Origin: Patescibacteria group bacterium
GTDB lineage: Bacteria; Patescibacteriota; Gracilibacteria; UBA4473
NCBI GenBank assembly: GCA_965660445.1
Contig: CBFIAK010000001.1
Span: 384,001 to 448,000, forward strand
DNA length: 64,000 bases
Direction: 5' to 3'
Numbering within the stretch: position 1 is the first letter of the stretch; every line of letters begins with the position of its first letter. Made by a program: the position numbers and the translations under genes. Positions 18,110-26,922 of the stretch are shown piece by piece. The notes under the pieces were generated by a model. That model worked only from the letters and a program-made list of their open reading frames with translations. It was not told the origin of the DNA and searched no databases.

Positions 18110-18279
18110 ACCTATGAGATAAAAACTTAAAAAGCGTATGAATGGTAATGTAGAGCTTTATTTTGTCAAATTTTTTTAAGGTAAAAAAGACTCTTTCTAA
18201 AGAGATGTCAAAAAAAGAATTGTACAAAATATAAGAAACGGTTATAAAACAAGAGGTTTGTGATTTTTATTTTTTGTGG

Positions 18280-19836
18280 ATGACCTACTACAAAGCAAGA
18301 CAATATCGATATAATAAAAAACGAGTGACTCAGCGGTATAGGAGTCGTCGAGGACGATCACGATGGAATACGTCCCTATTGAGAAGTCAAACACTCAAAC
18401 GATTAGTGGTTTTTGGAGTGGTGTTTTTTGTTGTTATTCGACTTATTGGGGGGTTATTTGCATCTCATAGTTTTGAACAAGTAAGTGCAACACTTACTAT
18501 CGGTGAAGGAAGTACGGAATATTATTTTCCTGAGCAGTCAGAATGGCAACGTGCAGCATCTGGGTTAGAGTTTCGAGAAGGTGACCATATTCGAACCAGA
18601 AGTGTCTCTCAATCATCATTAGAAATTTTTCCCGGAACGGTTCTATTTTTAAATCAAGACACAGAGCTAAAGATACAAACAATGCAAGAATCCTCTTCAG
18701 GAATAAAACAAGTTGCGCTCTCTTTAGAGAAAGGACAAATATGGATCAAAACTTCGTCTGAAGATTTCGGTGTAGAACCTGATTCGTATTTCACTGTTCG
18801 TGTTCCACGTGGAGAAATTTCGATTAAAGGAACCATTGTCGACATTGCTTCATCAGAAGTACGAGATGTTATTCGTTTAGTGCGTGGAAGTGTTGATGTT
18901 GATATCTTCAATCCAGAAACTGATTCTGCTCAGTGGACGAAAAGTGTTGACGTTGGTCAACAAATTACACTTGATGAAACAACCATTGGAAAACTCGAAT
19001 CAGATTTGGATATCAAAGATATTATAGATTCTAGTTTTGTAGAATCAGAATGGCATATATCAAACCTTCAGAGATTTTCTCCAGAAGAGGCAGCAGAGTT
19101 GCGACGACAAGTTGAATCAAGAGTTTCTGCTCGAACAGCACCATCAACCCCTCCAACAGAAGAGCCAGTAGAAGATAAAAATACGTCTTTTCCGTCTCCT
19201 TCAGTTACATCTCATCAGGATGGGGGTGTTATTCCAGCTTCCCAAACAAGTATAACACTTGAAGGAACCGCTCCTGAAAACACTCGGCAAATTATTGTGA
19301 ATGGGTATACACTGAACCGATTTAATGCGGGGGATCGGATATGGCGATATATTGCGAGTACTGAATTCGGAACGCTTCTTTCTGGAAATAATGTTTATGA
19401 GGTTGTCGCTGTTTCTCGAGCAGGTGTTCGATCACAACCGTTTTCTATTACGCTTCAATACGAGGGAAGTCCTGTGGAATCGAGTAGTAATACAGGGATG
19501 GAAACATCTGTAATCAGATCTGATATTCAAGAATATAAATCTCCTGTTGTTACCGATCCTGTTGCGATTCCTGATGGAGGTGTCTATGAGACATCATCAC
19601 CATCGTTTACTATTTCTGGATTGGTAGACCCGAAAACAAATGGAATTATGGTGAATGATTATCGATTGCGTCAGTTTCTACCAGGGAATACAAATTTTCG
19701 ATATACTGTAAACGCAAAGGCGTCATCGCCAAACATGGTCCCCGGAGAGAACACTTATTCAATTACTTCTTTTGGTCCTGATGGAAAAGAAGCAAACACC
19801 CTTATTAAAGTGATTTATACACCTATTGATTTATAG
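18280..19836 (+). CDS. Membrane-anchored FecR-domain protein with Ig-like repeats
   Basis: GDHIRT...LNQDTEL...LEKGQIW...IKGT FecR pattern; two repeated ITLEGT/FTISGL...VNGY/VNDY modules. Confidence 0.75.
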   Translation: MTYYKARQYRYNKKRVTQRYRSRRGRSRWNTSLLRSQTLKRLVVFGVVFFVVIRLIGGLFASHSFEQVSATLTIGEGSTEYYFPEQSEWQRAASGLEFREGDHIRTRSVSQSSLEIFPGTVLFLNQDTELKIQTMQESSSGIKQVALSLEKGQIWIKTSSEDFGVEPDSYFTVRVPRGEISIKGTIVDIASSEVRDVIRLVRGSVDVDIFNPETDSAQWTKSVDVGQQITLDETTIGKLESDLDIKDIIDSSFVESEWHISNLQRFSPEEAAELRRQVESRVSARTAPSTPPTEEPVEDKNTSFPSPSVTSHQDGGVIPASQTSITLEGTAPENTRQIIVNGYTLNRFNAGDRIWRYIASTEFGTLLSGNNVYEVVAVSRAGVRSQPFSITLQYEGSPVESSSNTGMETSVIRSDIQEYKSPVVTDPVAIPDGGVYETSSPSFTISGLVDPKTNGIMVNDYRLRQFLPGNTNFRYTVNAKASSPNMVPGENTYSITSFGPDGKEANTLIKVIYTPIDL

Positions 19837-20833
19837 GAATTGATTGGCACGTATACAGAATGAATTTTTCAATAGCAAACTCAAGTGATGAATTATTCCC
19901 TTGTGATGTTTGTATTTTTCCTGTCTTTATTTGACTGTCGAGTATAAAAAGTTGGTCGTAAAGAAATAAAAGAAACGGGAGTGAAAACTTCTTACTGCTT
20001 GGCATTGTCTTTTGTACTACGAATGGGTGAAGCCCCGCTTCTTGAGCTATTTCTTTTGATGATAAGTTTTGCATGAGTCCATCTTTGATTTGGGTATGAA
20101 TTCGAATTTCTCGAATAATCATGGGCAGTATTTCGTGAGGAGATACTTTGCTTTCGAGGAGTGATTGAAAATGGTGGAGTGCTTTTGCTTGGTTTTGGTC
20201 ACTTAAGGCACTTAAAAAATCCCATATAACAGCATTTGGATGAGTAAAACACAACTCATCAATATGATGAGTTGAAATCGGTTTTTTGTCTGTATAAAGA
20301 CAGAGTTTTTTAATTTCTTGAGAAACATGCCACAAATTCGTGCCACATTTCTCAATTAAATAAGAGCTGGTTTTATAATCGAGAACTCCTTCTTGTGTTT
20401 CAGCATATTTCTGAGCCCATGTTATGGTTTGTGACTCATCGAGTGGATCAAATGTTTTTATTTTTCCGAGAGGAGTTCTCCCTTTTGAGCCTAAGAAAAA
20501 CTGAGTACTCTTGAGGCGTTTATCAAACTTGGGTTCTTGAATAAAAAGGGTGCAGGTTTCGCTCATCTGTTGTAGATGTGTGAAAAAATCTGTTTTCTGT
20601 GCTGTTTCAAAAATTTCAGGAGTCCAAAAATTTTCCGTGCAAATAAGACGTTTTTCTCCAAAAAGATTCGGTGTGTACACACTATTTCTTAAATCAAGGA
20701 ATGTGTTTTCATTATTGAGTGTTTGAATATCTCCTTGAGGATATTTTTGCAGAAACAATGATTTATAGGTTCGTATTTCTTCTTGCATACGAAAATCATC
20801 TTCTCCGGTAAAGATTACCACATTATTCATCAT
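19823..20833 (-). CDS. holA: DNA polymerase III delta subunit
   Basis: FTGEDDF, PNLFGEKRLI, QEIKKLCLY, HPFVVQK, DSQIKTG. Confidence 0.9.
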   Translation of the reverse strand: MMNNVVIFTGEDDFRMQEEIRTYKSLFLQKYPQGDIQTLNNENTFLDLRNSVYTPNLFGEKRLICTENFWTPEIFETAQKTDFFTHLQQMSETCTLFIQEPKFDKRLKSTQFFLGSKGRTPLGKIKTFDPLDESQTITWAQKYAETQEGVLDYKTSSYLIEKCGTNLWHVSQEIKKLCLYTDKKPISTHHIDELCFTHPNAVIWDFLSALSDQNQAKALHHFQSLLESKVSPHEILPMIIREIRIHTQIKDGLMQNLSSKEIAQEAGLHPFVVQKTMPSSKKFSLPFLLFLYDQLFILDSQIKTGKIQTSQGNNSSLEFAIEKFILYTCQSIPINQ

Positions 20834-21288
20834 TGCGAATGAGATAAGACTTCAAGTGTGCGCATACTCACCCCTATTCCATGTTTTAAGAGAATGACAA
20901 AATGAGTCCCTGAAAATAATTGTTTCATCTCAGGGGTTATTTTTTCTGGCCATTCAACAAACTTTATACCATCTTGTTCTGCGATATCTTGAAATCCTCT
21001 TTCCATAAATTCTTGGGGGGATTTGAGTCGGTATAAATCAAAATGTGAAAAATGTTGTGTTGGGGTATTGTATTCTTGAATAAGTGTATAAGTGGGCGAT
21101 GTGACGGGATCAGTAACTCCTGCTTCTTTGAGCATGCACTGCACGAAAAATGTTTTTCCAGCGCCAAGTCCTCCTTCTAAAAAAAGAGTTGCTTGTGTTT
21201 CTTTGCTTAAGAAGTCACGATAAAATTTTTGGGCTTGTTTCTCTGTGTCCTGAAGATTGCTGATATTTTTCTTAAAAATTGATTTCAT
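20830..21288 (-). CDS. tsaE: tRNA t6A biosynthesis ATPase TsaE
   Basis: GGLGAGKT, SPTYTL, HFDLYRL, VEWP. Confidence 0.93.
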   Translation of the reverse strand: MKSIFKKNISNLQDTEKQAQKFYRDFLSKETQATLFLEGGLGAGKTFFVQCMLKEAGVTDPVTSPTYTLIQEYNTPTQHFSHFDLYRLKSPQEFMERGFQDIAEQDGIKFVEWPEKITPEMKQLFSGTHFVILLKHGIGVSMRTLEVLSHSQ

Positions 21289-21340
21289 TTTTTTCGAGAT
21301 TTGAATAGTATACAAAGCGTACCCATTATACAAAGAAGAA

Positions 21341-21889
21341 ATGAAAGTTCAATTTTATGGCGATGATTGTTTTTCTGTGAAGACGAAAGCGAATATGTGT
21401 GTGTTTTATCCAACAGACGCATGGAAAACAAAAGTTGATATTGCTTTTTTCCCACGGAACGAAAAAAAAATAAAGGTTGAATACGCAAAAAAAACAATTG
21501 ATTTGCCCGGAGAGTTTGAAACATCTGGAGTGTTGGTACGAGGTTTTTTAGCTGATGATAGAGCGAATGTGATTTATAAAGTGGTTATGGATGATATCTC
21601 AAGTGTGTATTTTGGAAACCTTCAAACCATGCCATCGAAAGAGATAATGAAAAAAATAGGAGAAAATATTGATATTGTGTTTATCAATCTTAATAGCGAG
21701 TTTCATGGAAAAAAAGTGAGAGAGTTTCTTGAAACGCTTGATCCTCGATTTGCTTTTTTAGGAGGTGATACGCAATATTTTCCCAAGATGGTAGAGTTGG
21801 GCGCTAAAAATGAATCAGAATTACCAGCCCTTACAAAATCAATGATGCAAGAAGAAAAGTTGGATATAGTTATTCTTCCAACAGTTTAA
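21341..21889 (+). CDS. Metallo-beta-lactamase-fold protein (metal motif degenerate)
   Basis: MKVQFYGDDCF, LPGEFE..GV.VRG, N.IYK..MDDI pattern; no HxHxDH. Confidence 0.6.
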   Translation: MKVQFYGDDCFSVKTKANMCVFYPTDAWKTKVDIAFFPRNEKKIKVEYAKKTIDLPGEFETSGVLVRGFLADDRANVIYKVVMDDISSVYFGNLQTMPSKEIMKKIGENIDIVFINLNSEFHGKKVREFLETLDPRFAFLGGDTQYFPKMVELGAKNESELPALTKSMMQEEKLDIVILPTV

Positions 21890-21890
21890 A

Positions 21891-23915
21891 TTATTCTTGT
21901 GCAAGGAGCGTTTCGGTTTGAAAAGAATCAATTTTCGGAAGCACAACTATGAGTACATCATTACTTGCTTCTCCTACAAGATCACGGGTAACATATGATA
22001 CTGAGTCTTGAAGGATATGAATACATCCAAGGCTAGTTCCTTGTGTTTTAGAAAGAATTCGGTTTTCTTGTGTTTGGTAATATTTTTTAAGTGGGGAATG
22101 AACCATGATTCCATTTCCAGCAGAGACTTTTAGTTCTTGAGCTTGTTTTTGGTGTGCAGGGAGTGGATAATTGAGATGGAGTGACGATTTTACTTTTTCT
22201 CCATAAGACTGCCGAGCATTAAAAATACCTAAAGGGGTAGTTCTATCACCTTCTTTGACTTTATCAAAAAAGACGCTTCCCCATTGCCCTTGCCCGCTGA
22301 TTATTTTTTTATCGAGTTTTCCGTTTTTAAAAACATAGGTTTGGTAGTTTTCTTTATCAACAATAAGAACATTCCCAGATTTACTTTTTTGAGTGAGTTG
22401 TTGAATATGTGTCTGTGTGACAGAGACTTTTCCTTCTGGAGTGGTAAAATTTATATTTTGATACACCTTTGGGTATATACCTTCAAAATTATAAAAATCT
22501 GATTCTTGTTGTATTCGCAGTATTTTTTCTGCAGGACTCATTGCCTGAATAAATGGAGTGAGTTTTGTGTCTCTGTGTGAAACAGGGTTTTCTTTTGCTT
22601 TATCAATGAAGTATTGATTGAGTTGAAGTATGTCTTTTTGGTCAAGATTTTCTTTTTTTGAGAGTGTGTGAAGAACTTTTCTTTTCTTTGATTTTTCTTT
22701 CTGAATAAATGTACGAATAGATTCAGAAGTCCAGTCAATTTTTTCTTCTGGATTTTCTGCTGAAATAAGAGAGATATAGTCTTTATCAATATTGAATAAA
22801 TAGTCATTATCCATAAAGAATGAAATATCTTGAATAGAAAAATTATGTTTTAATATGTTTGTATAAAGAGATTTTCCTTGTTCTGCACGATGGAAACATT
22901 GTTCGATATTATGAAGTGTCTGTAAATCTTGAATTTTGTTTCCGAGTGAGGTGATGGAACTTTTAAAATTTTGAATGTAGAGAGGAGAGAGGTTTGTGTT
23001 TTTAAGTGTATCGTATTTTTGAATGAGTTTTTGTATTCCTTGTTGGAACTCTTTTTCTGTTATTTCTGGGTCAATATCGGTTATCTTGTCTTCTTCGTTT
23101 TCGGATTCTAATGTTCCGTCCATATCTTCTTCTATTCCGTTTAAGTTTAAGAATTCAATTATTTTTGCAAGAATCGATAAAAACGTATTACTTGATTCGT
23201 TTACTTCGTTTGATTCAATCATCTTTGATGGAAAGAGTGCGTTTTGAGTGTTGAGGTTTTCTCGAATACTTTTTTCTTCTTCTGGAGAAAGCGGACGACC
23301 TTTTTCAAGACTTCTTTTATCAATACTATGAGCGAGTGCAATGTCATACAGGAAAGATTTTTGTTTTGCAATACTGTGTTTTGTATCAGGGGCGAGAGAA
23401 TAGTGAATAAGGTTGGTGAGTTCAGATCCGATCATTTTTTGGGTTTCAGATTCTATGTTTTTTATTTCCGATTGTATACGAGGAGAGTCTTTGTATTTCT
23501 CGAGTATTTTTGATTCTTTTTCCTGAAGAATATTATCATTTTCTTTTGGGTCTAATGTGTTTATTTCTTCAAAAAAGGAATAATATCGAAACTCTTCTTG
23601 CACTCTCTCTGGACTCCATGTGTTGAGTTGTTGTGCAAAATATGTTTTATCTTCAGGTACTGTAAAATTTTGTTTTTGAAGAATGTATTCTTTTTGTTGT
23701 TTCAGTACAGCCTCATTGAGATGTGTTAATTTTTCTCGTGTTTGGGTTGTGTTTTCTTGAATTTCTTGTGTGAGAGTTTGTAGACATTCTCCGATAGCGT
23801 GCAAATCGTTTCCTGTATAGTCTTTGAGTGCTTTTGCAAGGTCTTTTTGGGAAAGATTGAGAAGGTTTTGAGCTATTGCTTGAGGATCAAACGATGATTG
23901 AGATTCAAATGACAT
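21891..23915 (-). CDS. Coiled-coil protein with C-terminal YkuD (L,D-transpeptidase-fold, YafK/DpaA-like) domain
   Basis: LIVDK, KVKEGDRTTPLGIF, LHLNYP, GIMVH...SLGCI. Confidence 0.8.
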   Translation of the reverse strand: MSFESQSSFDPQAIAQNLLNLSQKDLAKALKDYTGNDLHAIGECLQTLTQEIQENTTQTREKLTHLNEAVLKQQKEYILQKQNFTVPEDKTYFAQQLNTWSPERVQEEFRYYSFFEEINTLDPKENDNILQEKESKILEKYKDSPRIQSEIKNIESETQKMIGSELTNLIHYSLAPDTKHSIAKQKSFLYDIALAHSIDKRSLEKGRPLSPEEEKSIRENLNTQNALFPSKMIESNEVNESSNTFLSILAKIIEFLNLNGIEEDMDGTLESENEEDKITDIDPEITEKEFQQGIQKLIQKYDTLKNTNLSPLYIQNFKSSITSLGNKIQDLQTLHNIEQCFHRAEQGKSLYTNILKHNFSIQDISFFMDNDYLFNIDKDYISLISAENPEEKIDWTSESIRTFIQKEKSKKRKVLHTLSKKENLDQKDILQLNQYFIDKAKENPVSHRDTKLTPFIQAMSPAEKILRIQQESDFYNFEGIYPKVYQNINFTTPEGKVSVTQTHIQQLTQKSKSGNVLIVDKENYQTYVFKNGKLDKKIISGQGQWGSVFFDKVKEGDRTTPLGIFNARQSYGEKVKSSLHLNYPLPAHQKQAQELKVSAGNGIMVHSPLKKYYQTQENRILSKTQGTSLGCIHILQDSVSYVTRDLVGEASNDVLIVVLPKIDSFQTETLLAQE

Positions 23916-23921
23916 GTTTTT

Positions 23922-25760
23922 TTATTGAGTAAGTGTTTTTTGTACGTTTTCTTTAATGCGGATAATTCTATCAATACTGCTATCAGAGCTTCCAAACTGA
24001 TTAAATGGCACTTCGTATACTCCTTCACGAGATCCAGAAGAATCCATGACGGTCAGGGGAAGTCCTTTGTCATCAACACCAGTAACTATCCCGATATGAC
24101 GAACGCTTTTGTTTTTATTGATAGTGATAATATCGCCCACTTCAAATATGTATTCTTTTTTGTGTACGTTTTGGCGAGTTGTTGATACGAGTTTCTGTGT
24201 ATAAAAGATATCGGTTTCTTTTTCAGCCCATAGTTCCAACGCCCATGTTCGGTCTTGGTTATTCGGGTCTTCTTTTGTTCCCGTGATAGTGAGGAGTCCA
24301 GATGTATCTATTCCAAGTGTTTTGAGTGTTTCTGTGACAAAACGAGCACAGACCATTGGCATTTTATCACTTTGTACGTTTCGTTTTAGTTTTTTATTGT
24401 ATGTAGTGTAGTATCCTTCATTGTTTGTGCGGAGTGAGTCTGCGTTGGCAAGGGCTGGTCCATTCTTTGTGTATATACGGGCATATGGATGACCTTTGTA
24501 GTTCGATGCAGAATCAAGTATTGCTTTTTTAAACTCGGCTTCATAGGAAAGCGATTCGGGTTCAAGCGTTTGTATAATACTTTCAGAAGTTAAATCGATA
24601 ACAGTTTTTTGGTGAAGATATATTTTTTCGTTTGGCGTAATGGTGAGCGATTCTCGGTTTATATTGAGGAGGGTAAGTGCTTTGAGAGAAAGATTTTTTT
24701 CAATAGCTTTTTGTGCTAAAATGTCTCCGGCAAGAGCTTTTACAAAAAAACTTTCAATATTATTGATTGTGTTTTCAGATTCTGTGTTTGCCGGTAGATT
24801 CTTGATGCTTTTTTCAAAGTCATTCAATCGGATAGTAATATCAGGATGTCTTTGTATTTGAGTGTATATTTTTAGTATGTGTTCTTTTTTGGCATCGATT
24901 TCCTTTTTTTCAATCGGTTTTACAACGTCTGGGATTGGTTTTTGTAATTCTTGTATAGCGTTCGTTTTTGTTTCTCGTGAGTCAGTTTCTGGTTTTTCAT
25001 TGAGGTTTAGATACCCAATAACTTGTTCTAAAATACCAAGAAACATGTTTTGTCTATTGGTGTTGATTGATGCTGGTGCTTTTGGGTCTGTTTCGCTGAC
25101 TAATCGGTAGAGCGGAATTCTTGATAAATCTTTTTGATTCTCGTTTGTTTTATCTTTGTTTGATTCTTTATATTTTTGCTCGATAACTGTTTTTATCGTA
25201 TATAAGCTTGGCAAGTCTCCGCTCTGATTTGGGGTAAGTCGTTTATATTGGTTTTGAAGTCTGTTGATAGATTCCTCAATAAGTGGGTTTGGTGTTTGTG
25301 TATGACCAATGGTGTCAAGAAGTGTTTTTTCTTTCTTTTTTATTTCAGCGTCATTGGGAATTGGTTGTGTTTCCGCATGAATTTCTTCAAGTTTTTCAAA
25401 AAACTTATAAAACCCAAACTCCGTACTTATACTCTCAGGGCTTCGTTTTCTGAGGTTTTCTTTGATATGGTTTTGTGTTTTTTCATCAAAATGAGAACAC
25501 CGAGAGAGAAGATATTCTCTTTGAGTGTTGGTAATAATTTCTTTCAGATTATTCAGGTTTTCTTTTGTTTGCGTGAGTGTTTCTTTTTTTTCAAGTGATA
25601 GAGTTTGAAGATGAGACTGGAGAATTATAATTTCTTTTGGAGAATAAGACTGTAGAGCAATCTTTTGTTCTTCTGGTGTCATAAATATGAGTTGACTACA
25701 GACTGATTCTTTATTGAAAGAATCAGCTTGTGTTTCAGGGGACTTATTTTCAGATTGCAT
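23922..25760 (-). CDS. Coiled-coil protein with C-terminal NlpC/P60-CHAP-like cysteine amidase domain
   Basis: YKGHPY...VCARFVTETL...GDIITI...RHIGIV...VMDSS. Confidence 0.7.
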   Translation of the reverse strand: MQSENKSPETQADSFNKESVCSQLIFMTPEEQKIALQSYSPKEIIILQSHLQTLSLEKKETLTQTKENLNNLKEIITNTQREYLLSRCSHFDEKTQNHIKENLRKRSPESISTEFGFYKFFEKLEEIHAETQPIPNDAEIKKKEKTLLDTIGHTQTPNPLIEESINRLQNQYKRLTPNQSGDLPSLYTIKTVIEQKYKESNKDKTNENQKDLSRIPLYRLVSETDPKAPASINTNRQNMFLGILEQVIGYLNLNEKPETDSRETKTNAIQELQKPIPDVVKPIEKKEIDAKKEHILKIYTQIQRHPDITIRLNDFEKSIKNLPANTESENTINNIESFFVKALAGDILAQKAIEKNLSLKALTLLNINRESLTITPNEKIYLHQKTVIDLTSESIIQTLEPESLSYEAEFKKAILDSASNYKGHPYARIYTKNGPALANADSLRTNNEGYYTTYNKKLKRNVQSDKMPMVCARFVTETLKTLGIDTSGLLTITGTKEDPNNQDRTWALELWAEKETDIFYTQKLVSTTRQNVHKKEYIFEVGDIITINKNKSVRHIGIVTGVDDKGLPLTVMDSSGSREGVYEVPFNQFGSSDSSIDRIIRIKENVQKTLTQ

Positions 25761-25927
25761 TTATAAGAGAGTGGCAAGAATCTTATTATAATATCACAAA
25801 CTCATATTTTTATCAATATTTTTTTACGAAAAAGAGATAAAAAACAATTGTAATCTGCTGAGTTTAGACTACTATTTTTTTAGTTTTTATCTTTTTAATT
25901 CTTTTTACTTTTTAATTTTTATTACAG

Positions 25928-26359
25928 ATGAACTCATTGAACCGAGCAGAAATAATTGGGAACCTTACACGAGATCCGGAACTAAAAACAACACAAAACG
26001 GGAAAAGTGTATCAACGGTGGGGGTAGCAACGAATAGGACATGGAAGGACTCTTCAGGACAAAAACACGAAGAAGCTGAGTTTCATAACGTGGTTTGTTG
26101 GGGAAAACTCGCAGAAATTGTAAGCGAATATTTAAATAAAGGCATGAAGGCTTATTTTGCTGGTCGGCTTTCTACTCGTATGTGGGAAGATGAAGCAGGT
26201 ATGAAACATTACAGAACAGAAATTATTGCTGACGATATGATTATTTTATCTCCTAAGCATGGTGGTGGAGGTGAGAGTTATAGTTCACGAGACGAGGATG
26301 ATAATGACTCTTCTTTTTCGGGTTCTGATGAGATTTCAGCTGAAGATTTGCCATTTTAG
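25928..26359 (+). CDS. ssb: Single-stranded DNA-binding protein
   Basis: IIGNLTRDPE, EFHNVVCWGKLAE, C-terminal DLPF. Confidence 0.97.
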   Translation: MNSLNRAEIIGNLTRDPELKTTQNGKSVSTVGVATNRTWKDSSGQKHEEAEFHNVVCWGKLAEIVSEYLNKGMKAYFAGRLSTRMWEDEAGMKHYRTEIIADDMIILSPKHGGGGESYSSRDEDDNDSSFSGSDEISAEDLPF

Positions 26360-26393
26360 TTTTGGTTCCGTTTTTTTTTAAACACTTTTTATT

Positions 26394-26879
26394 ATGACAA
26401 CTGTTGAACGAACACTCGTACTCATTAAACCTGATGCCATTCAGCGAGGATTGTGTGGTCGTATTTTACAGCGGTTTGAAGACGCGGGTTTAAAATTTGT
26501 AGCTATGAAAATGATATGGGCAGATCCGGCTTTATCAAAAAAACATTACAGTGAACACGTCCAAAAGCATTTTTATCCGGGACTTGAAACGATGATTACG
26601 GAAGGGCCTGTTTTATCACTCGTGATCGAGGGTATTCATGCGGTGGAAATTGTACGAAAGATTGTTGGAGCAACGGAACCAAAGTCATCTGTTCCGGGAA
26701 CTATTCGTGGTGACTTTGCTCATCATTCGTATCAACATACTGATCAAAGTGGACGAGCTATTAAGAATCTTATTCATGCTTCGTCCGATGTAAAAGAAGC
26801 CCAGAAAGAAGTTTCTCTTTGGTTTACTGATAAAGAGATTCATTCGTATAAAACCGTACATGAAATGCACGTGTTTTAA
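26394..26879 (+). CDS. ndk: Nucleoside-diphosphate kinase
   Basis: ERTLVLIKPDA, PGTIRGDF, NLIHAS. Confidence 0.97.
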   Translation: MTTVERTLVLIKPDAIQRGLCGRILQRFEDAGLKFVAMKMIWADPALSKKHYSEHVQKHFYPGLETMITEGPVLSLVIEGIHAVEIVRKIVGATEPKSSVPGTIRGDFAHHSYQHTDQSGRAIKNLIHASSDVKEAQKEVSLWFTDKEIHSYKTVHEMHVF

Positions 26880-26922
26880 TATGAAGATTCTTTGGTGTTT
26901 TTGACACTTCTCTTTGCTGTTT

